Below are positions 55,582-64,000 of a stretch of DNA of 64,000 nt, piece by piece. Position 1 is the stretch's first letter. Every line of letters begins with the position of its first letter. The position numbers were made by a program, and so were the translations under genes. The DNA comes from Escherichia coli (lineage in GTDB: Bacteria; Pseudomonadota; Gammaproteobacteria; Enterobacterales; Enterobacteriaceae), in NCBI RefSeq assembly GCF_030013595.1, contig NZ_CP122768.1. One strand, written 5' to 3'. Below the pieces are notes generated by a model, which saw only the letters and a program-made list of their open reading frames with translations, made no database searches and was not told the origin of the DNA.

Positions 55582-56719
55582 GTCAGAGCCCCTCGATCTC
55601 AATCAGTTAGCGCAAAATATTAAACAGTGGGGGCTGGAACTGGGCTTTCAGCAGGTAGGTATTACCGATACCGATCTCAGCGAGTCCGAGCCCAAACTGC
55701 AAGCATGGCTGGACAAACAATACCACGGCGAAATGGACTGGATGGCGCGTCACGGTATGCTGCGCGCTCGCCCCCATGAGTTATTGCCCGGTACGCTGCG
55801 CGTGATCAGCGTGCGGATGAATTACCTTCCTGCTAACGCCGCATTTGCCAGCACGCTGAAAAACCCTAAGCTCGGCTATGTGAGCCGTTATGCGCTGGGC
55901 CGTGACTACCACAAACTTCTGCGCAACCGACTCAAAAAGCTGGGCGAGATGATTCAGCAACATTGTGTTTCGCTGAATTTTAGACCGTTTGTCGATTCTG
56001 CGCCTATTCTCGAGCGCCCGTTAGCTGAAAAAGCAGGACTTGGCTGGACAGGTAAGCACTCACTTATCCTCAATCGCGAGGCCGGTTCGTTCTTCTTTTT
56101 AGGCGAATTGCTGGTCGATATTCCTCTGCCCGTGGATCAACCAGTCGAGGAAGGATGCGGTAAATGCGTGGCCTGTATGACGATTTGCCCGACCGGAGCC
56201 ATCGTCGAGCCATATACCGTCGATGCTCGCCGCTGTATCTCTTATCTCACCATCGAACTGGAGGGGGCGATCCCGGAAGAGTTGCGACCGTTAATGGGAA
56301 ATCGTATTTATGGTTGCGATGACTGCCAGCTTATCTGCCCGTGGAATCGCTATTCGCAACTCACTACAGAAGACGATTTCAGCCCGCGTAAGCCGCTACA
56401 CGCACCGGAACTCATTGAGTTATTCGCCTGGAGTGAAGAGAAGTTTTTAAAAGTCACGGAAGGTTCGGCGATTCGCCGTATAGGTCACCTGCGTTGGCTG
56501 CGTAATATTGCCGTAGCCTTAGGCAATGCGCCCTGGGATGAAACGATTCTGGCGGCGCTGGAAAGTCGTAAAGGTGAGCACCCACTTCTTGATGAGCACA
56601 TAGCGTGGGCGATTGCGCAGCAAATCGAGAGACGAAATGCGTGCATAGTCGAAGTGCAATTGCCGAAAAAACAGCGTCTGGTTCGGGTAATTGAAAAAGG
56701 GTTACCGCGTGATGCCTGA
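55580..56719 (+). CDS. queG: Epoxyqueuosine reductase QueG (YjeS), 379 aa from MSEPLDLNQL
   Basis: ORF 55472-56719; 4Fe-4S ferredoxin-type Cys clusters (CGKCVACMTICP, CDDCQLICPWN). Confidence 0.9.
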
Positions 56720-56988
56720 TTCATCCACAGCTTGTGAATAAAAATAAAAACGCATTGCAATTCAAGACGAATAAAATCGTCAAGTGATCGACTCGACAAA
56801 ACGAAATCTTAATTTTTAACTTATCTATCAATAGATTAAAAAAATACTATTCACCGTGCGAAGTTTCTTTGAAATTAAGATTACGGCCTGAGGCTGTGGA
56901 TAACTCTGTTTACAAGAGTTTGTCAGAGACAACAAAAACCAGCAATAACGCATCGTGTCGCTGTGGATATTTTATTGAGAGAAGAATT

Positions 56989-57064
<76 letters not shown>

Positions 57065-57099
57065 TTGGGTGGTCTGTGCTTTACAGCACTTTCAAATTT

Positions 57100-57175
<76 letters not shown>

Positions 57176-57332
57176 TTAATCTTCGTCTTTCGAACCGCTA
57201 CTGCCTTGGCTGCCTTCACTCACCTTAGTCACTTACTTTTGTAAGCTCCCAAGGATTCGTTCAGTTGCCGCCTTGTCGCAATTCGAAATACTGCGATTGG
57301 GTGGTCTGTGCTTTGCAGCACTTTTCAAATTT

Positions 57333-57408
<76 letters not shown>

Positions 57409-57618
57409 GTACTACTTAATTTTGCTTTCGTAATTTTCGCATTTCTGCGTCGTTACGGGAGGCGCATTATACGAGAAATCTTTCCCTCTGCAACCCCCCT
57501 AAAAAATTTTTTTTGAGTTTTTATCTCAAGTGCTGAAATTATCAGCAAGGCGTTCAATTTAGCGTCAAAATCACGCCGCCGCAAGTGGATTCCGACGCTT
57601 ACGTGACCAGGAAAAATT

Positions 57619-58164
57619 TTACAGCTTGATAAAATGCTCGCGGTAGTAAGCCAGCTCCGCCACCGATTCACGGATATCATCCATCGCCTGATGCGTCCCC
57701 TGCTTGGTAAAACCATCCAGAATTTCCGGCTTCCAGCGGCGCGCCAGCTCTTTCAGGGTGCTGACATCGAGATAACGGTAGTGGAAGTAGGCTTCCAGCT
57801 CCGGCATATATTTAAACAGGAAGCGACGATCCTGGCCGATGCTGTTACCGCAAATCGGCGATTTTCCCGCAGGCACCCACTGTTTTAAAAATTCGAGCGT
57901 TGCCAGTTCAGCTTCACGATCGCCCATCGTGCTCGCTTTCACGCGCTCTACCAGCCCGCTGGCGGTATGGGTGCGCACGTTCCAGTCATCCATCAGCGCC
58001 AGTTGCTCATCAGACTGATGTACTGCAATGGTTGGCCCTTCTGCCAGAATATTCAGGTTGGCATCGGTCACCAGCGTGGCAATCTCAATAATGCGATCGC
58101 GCTCGGGATCCAGACCGGTCATCTCAAGATCGATCCAAATCAGGTTGTTTTCATTGGCACTCAT
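57619..58164 (-). CDS. orn: Oligoribonuclease Orn (181 aa from [19 protein letters not shown])
   Basis: ORF 57619-58308; DEDDh exonuclease motifs. Confidence 0.94.
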
Positions 58165-58258
58165 GCTATTTTCCACCCATTCACAGTGACTATATTGATC
58201 CACAATTGCGTGTATCATAGATGTTTTGCCCATCAGGGGCGACCAGGAGTCTGTACGA

Positions 58259-59311
58259 TTGAGTAAAAATAAACTCTCCAAAGGCCAGCAGCGCCGCGTG
58301 AACGCCAATCACCAGCGTCGTCTTAAAACGTCTAAGGAGAAGCCCGACTACGATGACAATCTGTTTGGCGAGCCTGATGAAGGTATCGTCATCAGCCGCT
58401 TTGGTATGCACGCTGATGTGGAATCCGCCGATGGCGACGTTCACCGCTGCAATATTCGCCGTACCATCCGTTCGCTGGTGACCGGCGACCGCGTAGTCTG
58501 GCGTCCGGGTAAACCGGCGGCGGAAGGCGTAAATGTCAAAGGGATCGTCGAAGCGGTGCATGAGCGCACCTCGGTGTTAACGCGCCCGGACTTCTACGAT
58601 GGCGTGAAACCTATTGCCGCCAACATCGACCAGATTGTCATTGTCTCCGCCATTTTGCCGGAGCTGTCGCTCAATATTATCGACCGTTACCTGGTGGCCT
58701 GCGAAACCTTGCAGATTGAGCCGATTATTGTGCTCAACAAGATAGACCTGCTGGACGACGAAGGCATGGCATTCGTCAACGAGCAGATGGATATCTACCG
58801 CAATATCGGTTATCGCGTATTGATGGTTTCCAGCCATACTCAGGATGGGCTGAAACCGCTGGAAGAGGCGCTGACCGGGCGCATCAGCATTTTTGCCGGG
58901 CAGTCTGGCGTCGGTAAATCCAGCCTGCTGAACGCGTTGCTGGGGCTGCAAAAAGAGATCCTGACCAACGATGTCTCTGACAACTCGGGGCTTGGTCAGC
59001 ACACCACGACCGCCGCTCGGCTGTATCACTTCCCGCACGGCGGTGATGTGATTGACTCCCCAGGTGTGCGTGAGTTCGGCCTCTGGCACCTGGAGCCGGA
59101 ACAAATCACTCAGGGCTTTGTCGAATTCCATGACTACTTAGGTCTGTGTAAATATCGCGATTGCAAACACGATACCGATCCGGGCTGCGCTATCCGGGAA
59201 GCGGTTGAGGAAGGGAAAATCGCGGAAACCCGTTTCGAAAACTATCACCGTATTCTGGAAAGCATGGCGCAGGTAAAAACGCGTAAAAACTTTTCTGATA
59301 CGGATGACTGA
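58259..59311 (+). CDS. rsgA: Small ribosomal subunit biogenesis GTPase RsgA (350 aa, TTG start giving [13 protein letters not shown])
   Basis: ORF 58226-59311; circularly permuted GTPase motifs and C-terminal zinc-binding Cys/His cluster. Confidence 0.9.
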
Positions 59312-59407
59312 CAATTAAGCTAACCGTCGTTAGAATCGTCCCCTTTTTTTCAGGATCCGGCATGTAGGCCGGATCAGGAACGACAAAACAATGGCCTGGA
59401 GGCTACC

Positions 59408-60376
59408 TTGTTAAATTCATTTAAACTTTCGCTACAGTACATTCTGCCGAAACTATGGCTTACTCGCCTGGCGGGTTGGGGCGCAAGCAAGCGGGCAGGA
59501 TGGCTGACAAAACTGGTTATCGATCTGTTCGTTAAATACTACAAGGTCGACATGAAAGAGGCGCAAAAGCCGGATACCGCCAGCTACCGCACCTTTAACG
59601 AATTCTTTGTCCGTCCGCTGCGTGACGAAGTACGCCCAATCGATACCGATCCGAATGTACTGGTTATGCCTGCCGATGGCGTTATCAGCCAGTTGGGTAA
59701 AATCGAAGAAGATAAAATCCTGCAAGCCAAAGGCCACAACTACAGCCTCGAAGCCCTGCTGGCAGGCAACTATCTGATGGCGGACCTGTTCCGCAACGGT
59801 ACGTTTGTGACCACTTACCTCTCCCCGCGTGACTACCACCGCGTACACATGCCGTGCAACGGTATTCTGCGTGAGATGATCTACGTGCCAGGCGATCTCT
59901 TTTCCGTTAACCATCTCACCGCTCAGAACGTGCCGAATCTGTTTGCCCGTAACGAACGCGTGATCTGCCTGTTCGATACCGAATTTGGCCCAATGGCGCA
60001 GATTCTGGTCGGGGCGACGATTGTAGGCAGCATTGAGACGGTCTGGGCGGGCACCATTACGCCGCCGCGCGAAGGTATCATCAAGCGCTGGACCTGGCCT
60101 GCCGGGGAAAACGACGGTTCTGTGGCACTGCTGAAAGGCCAGGAAATGGGCCGCTTTAAACTCGGTTCCACCGTTATCAACCTGTTTGCACCGGGTAAAG
60201 TGAATCTGGTTGAGCAACTGGAAAGCCTGTCTGTCACGAAAATTGGCCAGCCGCTGGCAGTATCTACCGAAACCTTTGTTATGCCAGACGCTGAACCCGC
60301 CCCGCTTCCTGCTGAAGAGATCGAAGCAGAACACGACGCCAGCCCATTGGTTGACGACAAAAAAGACCAGGTCTAA
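59408..60376 (+). CDS. psd: Phosphatidylserine decarboxylase proenzyme Psd, 322 aa
   Basis: [53 protein letters not shown]... LGST self-cleavage motif. Confidence 0.96.
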   Translation: MLNSFKLSLQYILPKLWLTRLAGWGASKRAGWLTKLVIDLFVKYYKVDMKEAQKPDTASYRTFNEFFVRPLRDEVRPIDTDPNVLVMPADGVISQLGKIEEDKILQAKGHNYSLEALLAGNYLMADLFRNGTFVTTYLSPRDYHRVHMPCNGILREMIYVPGDLFSVNHLTAQNVPNLFARNERVICLFDTEFGPMAQILVGATIVGSIETVWAGTITPPREGIIKRWTWPAGENDGSVALLKGQEMGRFKLGSTVINLFAPGKVNLVEQLESLSVTKIGQPLAVSTETFVMPDAEPAPLPAEEIEAEHDASPLVDDKKDQV

Positions 60377-60397
60377 TCCATCAAAGGAAACGCTGAC

Positions 60398-63300
60398 GTG
60401 CGCCTGATTATCACTTTTCTGATGGCCTGGTGCCTCAGTTGGGGGGCGTACGCCGCGACGGCCCCCGATAGCAAACAAATCTCACAAGAACTGGAGCAGG
60501 CAAAAGCGGCGAAACCCGCGCAACCGGAAGTCGTAGAGGCGCTCCAGTCTGCCTTAAATGCGCTTGAGGAACGGAAAGGTTCCCTTGAGCGCATCAAGCA
60601 ATATCAAGAAGTTATTGATAATTATCCGAAACTCTCCGCTACTCTGCGCGCGCAATTAAACAACATGCGTGACGAGCCGCGCAGCGTGTCACCGGGAATG
60701 TCTACCGACGCGCTGAATCAGGAAATTCTCCAGGTCAGCAGCCAGTTGCTGGATAAAAGCCGTCAGGCCCAGCAAGAGCAGGAACGCGCCCGCGAGATTG
60801 CCGATTCGCTGAATCAACTGCCGCAACAGCAAACCGATGCCCGCCGTCAGTTAAATGAAATCGAGCGCCGCCTGGGGACGCTTACCGGCAATTCCCCGCT
60901 CAATCAGGCACAAAATTTCGCGTTGCAGTCTGACTCCGCACGCCTGAAAGCGCTCGTCGATGAACTGGAACTGGCGCAGCTGTCCGCCAATAACCGCCAG
61001 GAATTAGCGCGCTTACGCTCAGAGCTGGCGGAAAAAGAGAGCCAGCAGCTGGATGCGTATTTGCAGGCCTTACGTAATCAGTTGAACAGCCAACGTCAGC
61101 TTGAGGCGGAGCGGGCGCTGGAAAGTACCGAATTGCTGGCAGAAAACAGCGCCGATTTGCCGAAAGACATCGTCGCGCAATTCAAAATTAACCGCGAACT
61201 ATCGGCGGCTTTGAATCAACAGGCGCAGCGGATGGATCTCGTTGCCTCGCAACAGCGTCAGGCTGCCAGCCAGACGTTACAGGTCCGGCAGGCGTTGAAT
61301 ACGCTGCGTGAACAGTCGCAATGGCTGGGCTCGTCCAACCTGCTCGGCGAAGCGTTGCGGGCGCAGGTGGCACGGCTGCCGGAAATGCCAAAACCACAAC
61401 AGCTTGATACCGAAATGGCGCAGTTACGTGTGCAACGGTTACGTTATGAGGATCTGCTTAATAAACAGCCGCTGCTACGGCAAATCCATCAGGCCGACGG
61501 TCAGCCGCTGACCGCTGAGCAAAACCGTATTCTGGAAGCACAGCTACGCACTCAGCGTGAGTTGCTGAACTCATTGTTGCAGGGTGGCGACACGCTACTG
61601 CTGGAGCTGACCAAGCTGAAAGTCTCCAACGGGCAACTGGAGGATGCGCTGAAAGAGGTGAATGAAGCGACGCACCGCTATCTGTTCTGGACCTCTGACG
61701 TGCGCCCGATGACCATCGCCTGGCCGCTGGAAATCGCCCAGGATCTGCGTCGTCTCATTTCGCTGGACACCTTCAGTCAGTTGGGCAAAGCCAGTGTGAT
61801 GATGCTGACCAGTAAAGAGACAATTTTACCGCTGTTTGGCGCGTTGATTCTGGTCGGTTGCAGTATTTACTCACGCCGCTATTTCACCCGTTTTCTTGAA
61901 CGTTCGGCGGCGAAAGTCGGCAAAGTGACTCAGGATCACTTCTGGCTGACGTTACGCACTCTTTTCTGGTCGATTCTCGTCGCGTCACCGCTACCGGTGC
62001 TGTGGATGACGCTGGGTTACGGCTTGCGCGAGGCGTGGCCTTATCCGCTGGCGGTAGCGATTGGTGATGGCGTAACAGCCACCGTACCGCTGCTATGGGT
62101 AGTGATGATTTGCGCTACCTTTGCCCGCCCGAACGGCTTATTTATCGCTCATTTTGGCTGGCCGCGCGAACGGGTTTCCCGTGGGATGCGCTACTACCTG
62201 ATGAGCATTGGGCTTATCGTGCCGCTGATTATGGCGCTGATGATGTTCGATAATCTCGACGACCGCGAGTTTTCCGGTTCGCTGGGACGGCTTTGCTTTA
62301 TCCTCATTTGCGGTGCGCTGGCGGTGGTCACTCTCAGTCTGAAAAAGGCCGGGATCCCGCTGTATCTCAACAAAGAAGGCAGCGGCGACAACATTACCAA
62401 CCATATGCTGTGGAACATGATGATTGGCGCACCGCTGGTTGCCATTCTGGCGTCGGCGGTGGGTTATCTGGCAACGGCGCAGGCACTGTTAGCGAGGCTT
62501 GAAACCTCGGTTGCCATCTGGTTCCTGCTACTAGTGGTTTATCACGTTATCCGCCGCTGGATGCTGATCCAGCGCCGCAGGCTGGCGTTTGACCGGGCGA
62601 AGCATCGCCGGGCAGAGATGTTAGCGCAACGTGCGCGTGGCGAAGAGGAAGCTCATCATCACAGTAGCCCGGAAGGGGCAATTGAAGTCGATGAAAGCGA
62701 AGTCGATCTCGATGCCATCAGTGCGCAATCCTTGCGGCTGGTGCGCTCAATTTTGATGTTGATCGCCCTGCTTTCGGTCATTGTGCTGTGGTCAGAAATC
62801 CATTCCGCTTTCGGCTTCCTCGAAAATATTTCGCTGTGGGATGTCACCTCCACGGTACAGGGCGTAGAAAGTCTGGAGCCGATTACCCTCGGTGCGGTGC
62901 TGATTGCCATTCTGGTGTTTATCATCACCACGCAGCTGGTGCGCAACCTGCCCGCGCTGCTGGAACTGGCGATTTTGCAGCACCTGGATTTAACGCCGGG
63001 TACAGGTTACGCCATCACCACCATCACCAAATATCTGCTGATGCTGATTGGCGGGCTGGTCGGCTTCTCAATGATTGGTATTGAGTGGTCGAAATTGCAG
63101 TGGCTGGTCGCCGCGCTCGGTGTTGGTCTCGGTTTTGGTTTGCAGGAAATTTTCGCCAACTTTATCTCTGGCCTGATCATCCTGTTCGAAAAACCGATTC
63201 GCATTGGCGATACGGTAACGATCCGCGATCTTACTGGTAGCGTGACGAAAATTAACACCCGCGCCACCACCATCAGCGACTGGGACCGTAAAGAGATAAT

Positions 63301-63721
63301 CGTGCCGAACAAGGCGTTTATTACCGAGCAGTTTATCAACTGGTCGCTCTCTGACTCGGTCACGCGCGTGGTGTTGACGATTCCGGCCCCTGCCGATGCC
63401 AACAGTGAAGAAGTGACGGAAATCCTGCTCACCGCAGCGCGTCGCTGCTCGCTGGTGATCGACAACCCGGCACCGGAAGTCTTCCTGGTGGATCTGCAAC
63501 AGGGGATTCAGATTTTCGAGCTGCGTATTTACGCCGCTGAGATGGGTCACCGTATGCCGCTACGCCATGAGATCCACCAGCTAATTCTGGCAGGCTTCCA
63601 TGCCCACGGTATCGATATGCCATTCCCGCCCTTCCAGATGCGTCTGGAAAGCCTCAACGGTAAACAAACGGGGAGAACATTAACTTCTGCGGGCAAAGGT
63701 CGTCAGGCGGGAAGTTTGTAA
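60398..63721 (+). CDS. mscM: Miniconductance mechanosensitive channel MscM (YjeP), 1107 aa
   Basis: ORF track 1107 aa; signal peptide, long coiled-coil periplasmic region, multiple TM helices, C-terminal MscS-like domain. Confidence 0.94.
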   Translation: MRLIITFLMAWCLSWGAYAATAPDSKQISQELEQAKAAKPAQPEVVEALQSALNALEERKGSLERIKQYQEVIDNYPKLSATLRAQLNNMRDEPRSVSPGMSTDALNQEILQVSSQLLDKSRQAQQEQERAREIADSLNQLPQQQTDARRQLNEIERRLGTLTGNSPLNQAQNFALQSDSARLKALVDELELAQLSANNRQELARLRSELAEKESQQLDAYLQALRNQLNSQRQLEAERALESTELLAENSADLPKDIVAQFKINRELSAALNQQAQRMDLVASQQRQAASQTLQVRQALNTLREQSQWLGSSNLLGEALRAQVARLPEMPKPQQLDTEMAQLRVQRLRYEDLLNKQPLLRQIHQADGQPLTAEQNRILEAQLRTQRELLNSLLQGGDTLLLELTKLKVSNGQLEDALKEVNEATHRYLFWTSDVRPMTIAWPLEIAQDLRRLISLDTFSQLGKASVMMLTSKETILPLFGALILVGCSIYSRRYFTRFLERSAAKVGKVTQDHFWLTLRTLFWSILVASPLPVLWMTLGYGLREAWPYPLAVAIGDGVTATVPLLWVVMICATFARPNGLFIAHFGWPRERVSRGMRYYLMSIGLIVPLIMALMMFDNLDDREFSGSLGRLCFILICGALAVVTLSLKKAGIPLYLNKEGSGDNITNHMLWNMMIGAPLVAILASAVGYLATAQALLARLETSVAIWFLLLVVYHVIRRWMLIQRRRLAFDRAKHRRAEMLAQRARGEEEAHHHSSPEGAIEVDESEVDLDAISAQSLRLVRSILMLIALLSVIVLWSEIHSAFGFLENISLWDVTSTVQGVESLEPITLGAVLIAILVFIITTQLVRNLPALLELAILQHLDLTPGTGYAITTITKYLLMLIGGLVGFSMIGIEWSKLQWLVAALGVGLGFGLQEIFANFISGLIILFEKPIRIGDTVTIRDLTGSVTKINTRATTISDWDRKEIIVPNKAFITEQFINWSLSDSVTRVVLTIPAPADANSEEVTEILLTAARRCSLVIDNPAPEVFLVDLQQGIQIFELRIYAAEMGHRMPLRHEIHQLILAGFHAHGIDMPFPPFQMRLESLNGKQTGRTLTSAGKGRQAGSL

Positions 63722-63749
63722 GGTTTTGTGCCGGATGAACCCATCCGGC

Positions 63750-64000
63750 TCACAAACAAAACTGATAGCGCAGAAAAAACTGCCACAGCCAGTAGCCGAA
63801 AATAGCCAGCGCGGTGGCGTACATAAACCAGCCGCGTTTTTTTCGCCACAAAGCGAACCAGAGAAAAGGGAAAAAGAGCGGTAACGTCATTATCACACCG
63901 ACATCGCGAGTATCGTCATCTTCGAGATACATCAAAACATCACAGACGTTGTTAATCCCGCGTCCATCAATCATCCACTCTTTGTCCAGCGCGGAGGTAA
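63750..64000 (-). CDS. yjeO: Inner-membrane protein, 5'-truncated by window end (yjeO-like by position)
   Basis: Minus-strand ORF ending at 63750 (…LPLFFPFLWFALWRKKRGWFMYATALAIFGYWLWQFFLRYQFCL); reading frame stays open to the window edge. Symbol assigned from expected gene order only. Confidence 0.5.
   Translation of the reverse strand, partial: TSALDKEWMIDGRGINNVCDVLMYLEDDDTRDVGVIMTLPLFFPFLWFALWRKKRGWFMYATALAIFGYWLWQFFLRYQFCL

Noticed and set aside
59354-59374. Hairpin gatccggc-atgta-gccggatc in the rsgA-psd intergenic region, considered as a terminator
   Set aside because: The T-run precedes rather than follows the stem on the plus strand and an A-run follows on the minus strand; resembles a REP fragment rather than an intrinsic terminator.
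63722-63750. Hairpin gccggatg…catccggc between mscM and the downstream convergent gene, considered as a terminator
   Set aside because: No U-run follows on either strand; more likely a REP-like palindrome, so not called as a terminator.

Overview
This window is a contiguous Escherichia coli-type chromosomal segment running from the 3' part of tamB to mscM (the K-12 ~94-95 min region, in reverse orientation relative to the K-12 map), almost entirely conserved core genes identified by reading the supplied ORF translations. In order: tamB/tamA, msrA, ytfL-ytfK-ytfJ, cysQ, cpdB, ytfH, qorB, ytfF, ytfE, cycA, fklB, ytfB, yjfZ, rplI-rpsR-priB-rpsF, yjfY, the ula ascorbate operons (ulaFEDCBA / ulaG / ulaR), yjfP, bsmA, yjfN, aidB, the yjfC-M-L-K-J-I cluster, rlmB-rnr-nsrR, purA, yjeT, hflCKX-hfq-miaA-mutL-amiB-tsaE-nnr, queG, three tandem tRNA-Gly(GCC), orn, rsgA, psd and mscM. 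I found no CRISPR array and no clearly novel multi-gene system. The parts that differ from the familiar core layout are three insertion-sequence features: (1) an IS1 copy that truncates ytfJ, with the expected ytfI gene missing next to it; (2) a decayed IS200/IS605-family element between ytfB and yjfZ carrying a TnpB (OMEGA/Cas12-ancestor type) gene broken by one in-frame TAG and a Y1 tnpA broken by a frameshift; (3) an IS200-type copy between the rlmB terminator and yjfI. The IS605-like element sits beside a low-GC islet (yjfZ plus a ytfA-like ORF). All identifications are by eye from translations and memory of protein families; no database search was run, and strain assignment and IS boundaries are approximate.
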